NCBI GenBank assembly: GCA_017410245.1
Contig: JAFQRE010000016.1
Span: 5,704-69,703 of the forward strand
Source of the DNA: Bacteroidaceae bacterium
Lineage (GTDB): Bacteria > Bacteroidota > Bacteroidia > Bacteroidales > Barnesiellaceae_A
Direction of reading: 5' to 3'
Length of the DNA stretch: 64,000 nt
The notes under the pieces were generated by a model. That model was given only the letters and a program-made list of their open reading frames with translations. It ran no database searches and was not told where the DNA came from. The position numbers and the translations under genes are program-made. Below, one piece after another: positions 29,600-38,806 of this stretch. Positions within the stretch are counted from its first letter, which is position 1, and every line of letters starts with the position of its first letter.

Positions 29600-30334
29600 A
29601 TGAGATTGATAATAGACCAAGGCAATAGTGCAACCAAAATACACATTGCCAATAGCAAAGAGATAGTAGAAACCGTCATCAAAGAGAATGACGAGCTACT
29701 GGAGTATGTGCGCCAACGCATCGGCGATGGCACATTCAAGGCTGCCATCTACAGCTCGGTACGTCGCGAGTATGACAAGCGACTCATCAACGTGATGAGC
29801 CGAAAGATTACACCTATAATATGTATGGGCAACACTACCCACTTGCCCATAGGCATAGAGTACCGCACCCCCGACACCCTGGGACACGACCGCATAGCCG
29901 CCGCTGTGGGTGCTTGGCAACAACGACCGGGACAGCCCTTGCTGGTAGTAGATGCCGGAACTGCTATCACCTATGACTTGGTATCGGCCAAAGGCAAGTT
30001 TATGGGTGGCAATATAGCTGCCGGCATAGAGATGCGCCTGAGAGCACTGCACGAACAGACCGGCCGACTGCCCCGCGTGAGCAGCGACGGCGAACTGCCC
30101 TTGCTGGGCTATGATACCGAAACGGCCATTCGTGCCGGCGCATTGCAGGGTGCGGCCTACGAATTGGAGGGCTATATAACGGCTTGCGAGGCCGAAAATC
30201 CGGGACTTTTGGTTTTCTTAACGGGTGGAGACGCCGAGCGTTTGGCTACTATCATAAAAAGAACTATCTTTGTCGATAGAAATTTAGTACCTAAAGGATT
30301 AAACTGTATATTGGATTACAATGTCGAAATTTAG
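29600..30334 (+). CDS. coaX: Type III pantothenate kinase
   Basis: IIDQGNS, TLGHDR, VVDAGTAITYD, GGNI and LTGGDA motifs. Confidence 0.94.
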   Translation: MRLIIDQGNSATKIHIANSKEIVETVIKENDELLEYVRQRIGDGTFKAAIYSSVRREYDKRLINVMSRKITPIICMGNTTHLPIGIEYRTPDTLGHDRIAAAVGAWQQRPGQPLLVVDAGTAITYDLVSAKGKFMGGNIAAGIEMRLRALHEQTGRLPRVSSDGELPLLGYDTETAIRAGALQGAAYELEGYITACEAENPGLLVFLTGGDAERLATIIKRTIFVDRNLVPKGLNCILDYNVEI

Positions 30335-31526
30335 ACTCTTTGCAGCAACACTGCTCTGCTGCATGCTCATACCTGCAGTGGCACAGACACCCTACTCGCA
30401 ATATGGATACGGAACATTAGACGATAATGCCACCGGCAATCAGCGCGCTATGGGTAGCACCGGCATAGGCATGCGCAACAACTTGCAAATAAACATGATG
30501 AACCCGGCATCTTACACTGCCATAGACTCACTGACGTTTATGTTTGACTTTTCGTTGGACTACAAGGCATCGTGGTTTAAGGAGGGTAGCGCACAGAACG
30601 AGACGCAAGGTGGAGGTCTCAACTATTTTGCCATGCAATTTCGCTTGGGCAAGACCGTAGCCGGCAGCATAGGCCTCACACCCCTATCGCACGTACAATA
30701 CACCTACGGCAACTCACTTCCCAACGGTAGCTATACCCGCATTGGCGAGGGCGGCTTGTCGCAAGCCTACTTGGGCGTGGCCTATCAGCCTTGGAGTTGG
30801 GTATCGGTGGGCGTAAACGTTGGCTATATGTTTGGCAAAATACAGAATTACATACAAGTAGCCACAAACCCATCGACAGGCGGATACTACAAAACGATGT
30901 CGGTAAACGACATTCGCCTGCAAGCGGGATTGCAATTTCCCATAGCACTGGACAAGAAAAACGATGTGATATTGGGACTTACCTACACACTGGGCAAACC
31001 CACACACGGCCAAGTGCTTGCTTATGCCACATACAGCGACACAACCACATACAATATGAAGGACCTCTACTCGATGCCTCACTGCTTTGGTGCGGGCTTG
31101 AGTTATACACACGACAAACGACTCACCATTGCCGCCGATGCCCGATATGATATGTGGGAAGACGCTAAGTTCTACAACCCCAACACCGAATCGTATGAGC
31201 CTATGAACAACCGCATGCGCTTGTCGGCAGGTGTTGAGTATCGTCCCAAATTGTTATCGAGCAGCTATTTCGACTACATACGCTACCGCGCCGGTGGTTT
31301 CTACGAAGAGTCGTACATAAAGGTTGGCAACAACAGCGTGCGCGAATGGGGCGTAACAGCCGGATTGGGTTTTCCCTTGCGTAGCGACAAGTCGATACTC
31401 AACGTCAGCTTTGAGTATTCACATCGCAACGGCTACCCCACTACACTGCTCAGCGAAGACCACTTTGCCATCGTAATTTCTATGACATTCAACGAGATGT
31501 GGTTCTGGCAACGCAAGTTTGAGTAA
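30321..31526 (+). CDS. FadL-like outer membrane beta-barrel conserved downstream of coaX (probable BamG-type BAM accessory subunit)
   Basis: Signal peptide; TPYSQYGYG...RAMG...NPASY hatch-like N-terminus; alternating beta-strands; C-terminal NEMWF..RKFE. The BamG assignment is recalled from family and synteny and is unverified. Confidence 0.65.
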   Translation: MSKFRLFAATLLCCMLIPAVAQTPYSQYGYGTLDDNATGNQRAMGSTGIGMRNNLQINMMNPASYTAIDSLTFMFDFSLDYKASWFKEGSAQNETQGGGLNYFAMQFRLGKTVAGSIGLTPLSHVQYTYGNSLPNGSYTRIGEGGLSQAYLGVAYQPWSWVSVGVNVGYMFGKIQNYIQVATNPSTGGYYKTMSVNDIRLQAGLQFPIALDKKNDVILGLTYTLGKPTHGQVLAYATYSDTTTYNMKDLYSMPHCFGAGLSYTHDKRLTIAADARYDMWEDAKFYNPNTESYEPMNNRMRLSAGVEYRPKLLSSSYFDYIRYRAGGFYEESYIKVGNNSVREWGVTAGLGFPLRSDKSILNVSFEYSHRNGYPTTLLSEDHFAIVISMTFNEMWFWQRKFE

Positions 31527-31544
31527 TAGAGACACCAAAGAGAT

Positions 31545-31586
31545 AAAAAAACAGGAGCCAAGGCTGATGCGTTGGCTCCTTATTTA
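31545..31586. terminator. Bidirectional terminator between convergent genes
   Basis: aggagccaa ... ttggctcct stem flanked by A- and T-rich tails. Confidence 0.65.
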
Positions 31587-31614
31587 TTCTATATATATTA
31601 TATGTATATAGCTA

Positions 31615-33609
31615 TCAAAATAAACCATAGGTTATAGACATCACCTGAAACTCGGTGCGACGATTGATTTGGTGCGCCACCTCTTGGTCTTCTTCCGACA
31701 GCGTGAGGATAAACTCCTCGGTGAGCACATCACCTTCCTTAAACTGAGGGTACTGCGTAGCTAACTTCTTGGTAATAGTCTTGGGCACCGACTCGCCATA
31801 TCCCACAGCCTTGACACGATCGGGTGCAATACCTCGCGAGATGAGATAATCGACAACCGACTGTGCGCGACGCTGCGACAAGTCTTGATTATAGGCATCA
31901 CGCCCGCGGAAGTCGGTATGTGACGCCAACTCGATAGATATATTGGGATTATCGTCGAGAATGGTTATCAACTCATTATCGAGAGCCTTCTCCGACTCGG
32001 GGCGTAGCGTAGCCTTGTCGAAGTCATAGAAAATGTTTTCGAGAATGACGGGTTTGGTTACCGATGCAAGAACAAAATCGACCACATATTCGGCATCAGC
32101 CTCGGTAGTATCGCTTTGAAACTCTTGTTTGCCATTGAGATAGCCACGACAACCAGCCATCATCACATAACGCACACCTCGATTGAGCGAGAAACGGAAT
32201 GTACCATCTTTACGGCCCGACTCTTTCTGATTAGAACCATCATCGCCAACAATGCGAATAACGGCATCGGGTATGGGTTCATCGTCTTTATCGAGCACCA
32301 TACCCGAGATGGTAACTTTGATAGAAGGTTTCTCGAAACTGTATATCTTATCAAATCCACGACCATCGTTGCGATTGGAAGAGAAAAATCCTGTCTCCTC
32401 GGGGCCAAACGTAATACCAAAGTCGTCGGCAGCCGAGTTCATGGGATACTTCATATTCTCTACATGCCATACACCCACCGTATCGAGCGTAGCCACAAAG
32501 AGATCGAGCCCGCCCATACCGGGGTGACCATCGGACGAAAAATAGAGCGTACTATCGGTGCGCATACAGGGAAACATCTCATCACCGGGAGTGTTGATGT
32601 GGCTACCCAGATTTTCGAGTGTTCCCTCGGTATTGGTACCAAGGCCTACTCGCCATATATCGGTACCCCCCTGGCCGCCGGGCATGTCGGAGGTAAAATA
32701 GAGATACATACCATCGGGCGATACTGCCGGGTGCGCAAATGACGAAATGGTATCGGCAGTGATTTCCAACTTGACAGGTTCGCTCCATTGAGCACCACTG
32801 CGGGTAGAGGTAAAAATCTCGACCGAGGCATCTTTATTGGGGTCTTGACGCGCCTTGCTCAGATACATCATCGAGCCATCGGGACTGAAGCTCACCATAC
32901 CCTCATCGGCCTCGGTATTGAGTCCACCCTCTATCGAGTCGGGTTTCTGCCACTCGCCTTTCTCGTTTTTCTTGGCCAAGAATATGTCGAAGTTTTTGGT
33001 ACCGGTTATAGAGCTCTTCTTATCGCCCAATGCCTTATCGGTAGAGCTTGTAATGTATAACTGATCGAAATCCTCCCCTTGCAACATAGGAGCACAATCG
33101 CTACGTCGCGAATTGAACAGATTGGCCTTCTTGACCGTATATCGGGTAGGATTTTGCTTCCACTCTACAGCCTTCACACAGCCTATCATGCCGTTGTGCG
33201 CCACAAGGCTCTCGGGATTTTTAGCCAGAAAAAGTTCGTAATTGGCAATGGCATCTTTATACTTACCCTCGGCATGCTTGCTTTGTGCCAAGTATAGATA
33301 GGTCATACTATCGGTCTCGGCATACTTATAGCGCACAGCATTGGTAAACGCTGCCGAAGCACGAGCCGTCATATTGAGGCGACGATAACAATCGCCCATC
33401 ATATAGGCCACTTGTCCACGCAACGGGCGGTCGGTCTTCTTCTGCAACTTATTATACACCTTGCGATAGGTCTGCGCAGCATCGTAGTACTCTCCTCGCG
33501 CATACTGCTCATTGGCCACACTCAACTTGGCCGAGCCACACGAGAACAACACGACTGCACCTACCAATATAGATAGGGTATGGATAATATATCTCTTCAT
33601 TTTCGACAT
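31615..33609 (-). CDS. porE: T9SS periplasmic lipoprotein PorE (TPR, PD40 propeller, CRD, OmpA_C)
   Basis: Lipobox LFSC; TPRs; FSPDG/FTSDMPGG/FSSDGHPG repeats; IFYDFDKA, HTD, LSQRRA and NRRTEF OmpA motifs. Start is 33609 or 33600. Confidence 0.85.
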   Translation of the reverse strand: MSKMKRYIIHTLSILVGAVVLFSCGSAKLSVANEQYARGEYYDAAQTYRKVYNKLQKKTDRPLRGQVAYMMGDCYRRLNMTARASAAFTNAVRYKYAETDSMTYLYLAQSKHAEGKYKDAIANYELFLAKNPESLVAHNGMIGCVKAVEWKQNPTRYTVKKANLFNSRRSDCAPMLQGEDFDQLYITSSTDKALGDKKSSITGTKNFDIFLAKKNEKGEWQKPDSIEGGLNTEADEGMVSFSPDGSMMYLSKARQDPNKDASVEIFTSTRSGAQWSEPVKLEITADTISSFAHPAVSPDGMYLYFTSDMPGGQGGTDIWRVGLGTNTEGTLENLGSHINTPGDEMFPCMRTDSTLYFSSDGHPGMGGLDLFVATLDTVGVWHVENMKYPMNSAADDFGITFGPEETGFFSSNRNDGRGFDKIYSFEKPSIKVTISGMVLDKDDEPIPDAVIRIVGDDGSNQKESGRKDGTFRFSLNRGVRYVMMAGCRGYLNGKQEFQSDTTEADAEYVVDFVLASVTKPVILENIFYDFDKATLRPESEKALDNELITILDDNPNISIELASHTDFRGRDAYNQDLSQRRAQSVVDYLISRGIAPDRVKAVGYGESVPKTITKKLATQYPQFKEGDVLTEEFILTLSEEDQEVAHQINRRTEFQVMSITYGLF

Positions 33610-33665
33610 GCTATATACATTATATAATACGGCAATCGTCAAAAATTATTGTATCGACACGCTGT

Positions 33666-34892
33666 TTACTTATCGACACGCCACAGCAACGAGCTGTCGC
33701 CATAGCTCAAGAAGCGGAAATTGTGCGAGAGAGCATAGTCGTAGATAGTGCGCCAATCGCCTGCAACAAAAGCCGACACCAACAACAAGAGTGTACTGCG
33801 GGGTTGGTGGAAGTTGGTAATAATACCATCGACAATATGAAACTTATAGCCGGGAACAATGATAATACGAGTAGCACTTACCAAGCGATCGGCTCCGGTA
33901 CGATCGAGATAGTCGAGCAAGAGTTGCATAGCCTGCTTGCGCGTCAGTGATGGATTGACACCATAAGGCGACCATTGCTCCACCTGCAGCTCTTCGGCCG
34001 AGGCATTGGGATTGCGATAAAGTGTCAAAGCTATATAATAGAGGCTCTCCAATGTACGTACCGAGGTTGTACCCACCGCCACAACACGACGAGGCGAATA
34101 GCACAACGCCTCGATAAGCGCACGCGATACCGAAATATACTCAGTGTGCATCTCATGACCACTTATCGTATCGCTTTTGACAGGCTTAAATGTGCCGGCA
34201 CCAACGTGCAATGTCAGCTCAAGTGTAGGAATACCCTTAGCTCGCACCGCATCGAGTACGGCAGGAGTAAAGTGCAATCCGGCCGTAGGGGCAGCCACCG
34301 AGCCCTCGACCTTGGAATATACTGTCTGATAGGTAGTCTTGTCACTCTCCTGCGTAGCACGGTTGAGATAAGGCGGAATGGGCAATTCCCCCAACACCTC
34401 CAACACCTCTCCAAAGGTTATTGAAGCATCGTCCCACGCAAACTCAATCTCATAACCATCTCCATGCTGAGTGCCACGAACTGCTCGCAAGGCTATCTCC
34501 CTACCCTGCCATATGAAGTCGATTTGCAACTCTCCCTCCTTCCACTTCTTGGCATTGCCTATAAGACACAGCCAACGACAAGAGCCTACACTTTGCAACG
34601 AGAGTGCATAATCGACCGGTGCCAACGGCTCTAAACAGAAAATTTCGATAAGCGCACCAGTGGCCTTGCGAAAACGCAGACGCGCCTGTATAACACGTGT
34701 ATTGTTAAAGACCAGCATCACATCATCGGGCAACATTGCCGGCAGATTGGCAAAATGATGCTGCTCTATTGCACCTTGATTATAGATAAGCAGCTGAGAA
34801 CTATCGCGCTGCAACAAGGGAAACTTAGCTATACGCTCATCGGGCAGTGGATAGTTATAGTCTTCTATGCGGATATTTTGTGTATCTAACAT
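33666..34892 (-). CDS. queA: S-adenosylmethionine:tRNA ribosyltransferase-isomerase
   Basis: PIPPYL, YQTVY, GSVAAPTAGLHFT, TNFHQP and FLSYGD motifs. Start trimmed to ATG 34892 because the ORF-track start overlaps the tRNA. Confidence 0.95.
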   Translation of the reverse strand: MLDTQNIRIEDYNYPLPDERIAKFPLLQRDSSQLLIYNQGAIEQHHFANLPAMLPDDVMLVFNNTRVIQARLRFRKATGALIEIFCLEPLAPVDYALSLQSVGSCRWLCLIGNAKKWKEGELQIDFIWQGREIALRAVRGTQHGDGYEIEFAWDDASITFGEVLEVLGELPIPPYLNRATQESDKTTYQTVYSKVEGSVAAPTAGLHFTPAVLDAVRAKGIPTLELTLHVGAGTFKPVKSDTISGHEMHTEYISVSRALIEALCYSPRRVVAVGTTSVRTLESLYYIALTLYRNPNASAEELQVEQWSPYGVNPSLTRKQAMQLLLDYLDRTGADRLVSATRIIIVPGYKFHIVDGIITNFHQPRSTLLLLVSAFVAGDWRTIYDYALSHNFRFLSYGDSSLLWRVDK

Positions 34893-34912
34893 ACCATTAT
34901 TATTTGCGAGTA

Positions 34913-34944
34913 CAAAATTAATGAAAGCCACGCTAAGTAGCAAA
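34913..34944 (-). promoter_or_regulatory. Sigma-A promoter for queA
   Basis: Minus strand TTTG-N20-TAATTTTG. Confidence 0.75.
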
Positions 34945-34955
34945 TGCAACAAGAT

Positions 34956-34993
34956 AAAACAAAAGAGCTCCGAGTAAAACTCGAAGCTCTTTT
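34956..34993 (-). terminator. Terminator after tRNA-Asp
   Basis: Minus strand AAAAGAGCTTCGAGT-TTT-ACTCGGAGCTCTTTTGTTTT. Confidence 0.8.
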
Positions 34994-34994
34994 G

Positions 34995-35068
34995 CGGTGC
35001 GTACGGGACTCGAACCCGTGACCCCATGCGTGACAGGCATGTATTCTAACCAACTGAACTAACGCACC
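34995..35068 (-). tRNA. tRNA-Asp (GTC)
   Basis: GGTGCGT acceptor pairs with ACGCACC; D-arm AGTTGGTTA; anticodon arm CATGC-CTGTCAC-GCATG; T-loop GGTTCGAGTCC. CCA is not encoded. Confidence 0.97.
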
Positions 35069-35121
35069 AATTATAACCCTTAATTCTTTGCACAGAGACT
35101 TGCGTCTCTCTTTTTGCGATG

Positions 35122-35153
35122 CAAAGGTAATATGAATATTTCAATTACACAAA
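35122..35153 (-). promoter_or_regulatory. Sigma-A promoter for tRNA-Asp
   Basis: Minus strand TTTG-N20-TACCTTTG. Confidence 0.8.
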
Positions 35154-35381
35154 TATTTTTGCAAGATTTTTCATCAGCATACTCACACAACGCACATAAC
35201 GCACTATTTATAAACAGTTTATAAAAACAAAAAAATTCTATTGGCATCGTCGCGCAACCACCACAGCGCATTAAATAAATGTAAATAAGCAACAGACCGA
35301 GTGCTATATCAATAATTATTAGTACTTTTGCTATCGGGTATATTATGCACTAAAAGAATCAACAGACAACAAACAAAAAAC

Positions 35382-37751
35382 ATGGCAAAAAAGAAACAGA
35401 ATAAGAAGAAAAATTCGTCACATATCATCATCGCATTATGGGGCATCTTTGTCACCATTATTGCTGCTATTGTGATACTATTTGTAGCCATTTTTCAAGG
35501 CTGGATAGGCTATATGCCACCCATCGAAGACTTGCAAAATCCCAAGGATAAATTTGCATCGGAGATATACTCGGACGATGGAAAGGTATTGGGACGTTTC
35601 TATCAGAGCCGAAACAACCGTGTATATGTAGATTATAGCGAAATATCGCCTCACCTCATCGAAGCCCTCATAGCTACCGAAGATGTACGTTTTGCCGAGC
35701 ACTGTGGTATAGACTTCAAGGCGTTGATGCGCGCCATCATCAAGCGTGGCATTCTCATGCAGAAGAGCGCCGGAGGTGGCAGTACCATCACCCAACAGTT
35801 ATCGAAACTCCTATACTCCCCTCAAGCCGGCAACGTTGTAGAACGCCTTGTGCAGAAACCGCAAGAGTGGGTAATAGCGGTGAAACTCGAGCGATACTAT
35901 ACCAAGGAAGAGATTATAAATATGTATCTCAACCACTTCGACTTTCTTAACAACGCTGTGGGCATACAATCGGCATCGCAAGTTTACTTCAACAAATATG
36001 CCAAAGAGCTCAATATAGAAGAGGCTGCCACACTTGTGGGTATGTGCAAGAACCCTTCGTACTACAACCCTCGACGTTTCAACGAGCGTACCAAAGGTCG
36101 TCGCAACGTGGTGCTTGGGCAAATGCGCAAAGCGGGCTATATAACAGAGGCTGAATGCGACTCGCTACAACAGTTGCCTCTTGAACTCGACTTCCGCATC
36201 GTCGATCACAAAGAAGGGCCTGCCCCATACTTCCGCGAGCGTATCCGCATGATGCTTACAGCCAAGAAACCCAACCGTAAAGACTATGCCGGCTGGGAGA
36301 AACAAAAATACATCAGCGACTCTATTGCCTGGGAGAACAACCCTGCATATGGTTGGTGCGAAAAAAACCGCAAGCCCGACGGCAGTAAGTACAACATATA
36401 CAGCGACGGATTGAAGATATATACCGGCATAGACTCTCGCATGCAACGCTATGCCGAAGAGGCCGTTCGTGAGCATGTTGCCGAATATTTGCAGCCACGC
36501 TTCTCTCGAGAGAAGCGCGGTCGCAGCTATGCACCATTCTCACAAGACATTCCGGCCGATCAACGTCAAGCCATATTGGAACGTGACATGCGCAACAGCG
36601 ACCGCTATCGTGCCATGAAACGTGCCGGTGCGAGTGCCGAGGAGATTAAGGTAGCATTCAATACCCCTATTGAGACCGAGATTTTCACCTACAAGGGGTT
36701 TGTCGATACCATCATTTCGCCCCTCGACTCTATCAAGCATGCCAAGACATTCTTGCGCAACGGATTTGTCGCCATGGATCCCTTTACAGGCAAGATAAAG
36801 GCTTACGTGGGAGGCCCTGAGTTCTCGCAATTCCAATATGATATGGCCGGCGTAGGTCGCCGTCAGATAGGATCGACCATAAAGCCATTCCTATACACCC
36901 TCGCCATGGAGGAGGGCTTTACGCCCAACTCGATGTTTCTCAACGAGCAACCGGTATTCCATCTGCCCAATGGCGATGTATGGGAACCTCGCAATACCGG
37001 CAAGACACGCATAGGCGAAATGGTACCCTTGAGCTGGGCACTCAGCACATCGAACAACTGGATTTCGGCTCGACTCATCGACCAACTATCGCCCGAGAGT
37101 CTGGTGCGCATCATGCGCTCGTTTGGCATAACAAGCCAAATCGACCCTGTACTCTCACTCTGTCTGGGCACAGTAGAAATTTCGGTTGAGGAGATGGCAA
37201 CCGCCTACACCGCTTTTGTCAATAATGGCGTGCGTGTAAGTCCCATCTACGTCACTCGCATCGAGGACAATCATGGCAACGTTATAGCCGAGTTTACGCC
37301 TCAATTTACCGAAGTATTCAGCGAACGCGCCTACAATCGCATAGTACCCATCTTGCGCAGCGTTATAGACGAAGGTACCGGAGGTCGCATACGCTTCCGT
37401 TACAACATCACAGCCGAGATGGGAGGCAAAACAGGTACAACCAACGACATGTCAGATGGCTGGTTTATGTCGTTCACCCCCAACCTTGTAACAGGCACAT
37501 GGGTGGGAGGCGAAGACCCCAGCATACACTTCGACAACATGAGCGATGGTCAAGGTGCCAGCCTTGCGCTCCCCATTGCCGGACTTTTCTACCAGAAAGT
37601 ATTCCGCGACAAAGACCTGCAACTTGAAGGTTACGTAGAGTCGCTCGAGTTTGAATACCCCGAGGTAGAAGACGATATGGTAGAAGAAGTCATCATCGAA
37701 ACCGTACCACAAGAGAGTGTAGAAGAAGCGATTGAAGGAATATTTGAATAG
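35382..37751 (+). CDS. mrcA: Class A penicillin-binding protein 1A
   Basis: TM anchor; EDVRF and GGSTITQQL transglycosylase motifs; STIK, SNN and KTGT transpeptidase motifs. Confidence 0.92.
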   Translation: MAKKKQNKKKNSSHIIIALWGIFVTIIAAIVILFVAIFQGWIGYMPPIEDLQNPKDKFASEIYSDDGKVLGRFYQSRNNRVYVDYSEISPHLIEALIATEDVRFAEHCGIDFKALMRAIIKRGILMQKSAGGGSTITQQLSKLLYSPQAGNVVERLVQKPQEWVIAVKLERYYTKEEIINMYLNHFDFLNNAVGIQSASQVYFNKYAKELNIEEAATLVGMCKNPSYYNPRRFNERTKGRRNVVLGQMRKAGYITEAECDSLQQLPLELDFRIVDHKEGPAPYFRERIRMMLTAKKPNRKDYAGWEKQKYISDSIAWENNPAYGWCEKNRKPDGSKYNIYSDGLKIYTGIDSRMQRYAEEAVREHVAEYLQPRFSREKRGRSYAPFSQDIPADQRQAILERDMRNSDRYRAMKRAGASAEEIKVAFNTPIETEIFTYKGFVDTIISPLDSIKHAKTFLRNGFVAMDPFTGKIKAYVGGPEFSQFQYDMAGVGRRQIGSTIKPFLYTLAMEEGFTPNSMFLNEQPVFHLPNGDVWEPRNTGKTRIGEMVPLSWALSTSNNWISARLIDQLSPESLVRIMRSFGITSQIDPVLSLCLGTVEISVEEMATAYTAFVNNGVRVSPIYVTRIEDNHGNVIAEFTPQFTEVFSERAYNRIVPILRSVIDEGTGGRIRFRYNITAEMGGKTGTTNDMSDGWFMSFTPNLVTGTWVGGEDPSIHFDNMSDGQGASLALPIAGLFYQKVFRDKDLQLEGYVESLEFEYPEVEDDMVEEVIIETVPQESVEEAIEGIFE

Positions 37752-37765
37752 AACATATAAACGAA

Positions 37766-38722
37766 ATGACAATTTTACTTATGCTCGTTGGCTTAACCCT
37801 ACTATTGGTGGGCGCCAACTACCTAACCGAAGGTTCATCAGCTATTGCCAAACGATTTGGCATCTCTGAATTTGTTATAGGTCTCACCATTGTTGCCATA
37901 GGCACTTCGGCTCCCGAGCTTGTAGTGAGTCTTATATCAACAATCGAAGGGACCACCGATATTGCAATAGGTAATATACTCGGCTCTAACTTATTCAACT
38001 CTTTGATGATATTGGGTATTACCGCCCTCATACGCCCCATCAGCATCGAGCGCAATACATTGTCTCGCGACATTCCGTTCGGCTTGTTGGCAGCTGTTGT
38101 TCTGGCCATTTGCGGACTTGATGCTTGGATCAATAACGAAGCCGGCGTCATTACCCGTAGCGAAGGTCTTTTGATGTTGTGCTTCCTAATTGTTTTCATG
38201 GTTTACTCGTTCATCACAGCCAAGCGCAATGAACCGGCCGAAGAGCAACCTCAAGCAGCTACTAAGCAACACCCTATTTGGCTCGAACTCATCATGATTG
38301 TAGGAGGTCTTGCCGGACTTATCTATGGTGGCGACCTCTTCCTTGAGTATGCCGTTATCTTTGCTCGCGACATGGGCATGTCAGAAGCTGTCATTGCAGT
38401 AACCTTGATGGCAGGAGGAACATCGATGCCAGAACTGATAACTTGCGTGATAGCAGCTGCAAAGAATAAAGGTCAATTGGCGTTGGGCAACGTAATAGGC
38501 TCCAATATATCGAACGTATTCCTTATCCTTGGTACATGCGCCACAGTATCACCGTTGCAATTGGGCAATATACTCCCCATAGACCTTGTGATACTCGTTG
38601 CTGCGTCGTTGATAATAGCAATCACTGCATTTACCTTCCGTCGCAACGAACTCGACCGCACCGAGGGAGCTATCTTCGTGTTGCTATATATTAGCTACAT
38701 TGTTTATCTCCTTATGCGATAA
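37766..38722 (+). CDS. Calcium/sodium antiporter (YrbG-like, CaCA family)
   Basis: Two alpha-repeats: GTSAPE..GNILGSN and GTSMPE..GNVIGSN. Confidence 0.92.
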   Translation: MTILLMLVGLTLLLVGANYLTEGSSAIAKRFGISEFVIGLTIVAIGTSAPELVVSLISTIEGTTDIAIGNILGSNLFNSLMILGITALIRPISIERNTLSRDIPFGLLAAVVLAICGLDAWINNEAGVITRSEGLLMLCFLIVFMVYSFITAKRNEPAEEQPQAATKQHPIWLELIMIVGGLAGLIYGGDLFLEYAVIFARDMGMSEAVIAVTLMAGGTSMPELITCVIAAAKNKGQLALGNVIGSNISNVFLILGTCATVSPLQLGNILPIDLVILVAASLIIAITAFTFRRNELDRTEGAIFVLLYISYIVYLLMR

Positions 38723-38751
38723 AGGAAAAACTTACTACTTATAGATAAACA

Positions 38752-38783
38752 ACGAGGCGCATTGCGGTTGCAATGCGCCTCGT
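38752..38783. terminator. Hairpin between convergent genes
   Basis: acgaggcgcattgc-ggtt-gcaatgcgcctcgt perfect 14-bp stem. Confidence 0.75.
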
Positions 38784-38806
38784 GCTATATAAGGGTCAGG
38801 GTTGTG

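Noticed and set aside
34893-35027. N-terminal extension of QueA in the ORF track
   Set aside because: It runs through tRNA-Asp, its terminator and the queA promoter.
34995-35068. tRNA-Asp as an integration site for a genomic island
   Set aside because: No duplicate of the tRNA 3' end and no integrase seen; flanking genes are core.
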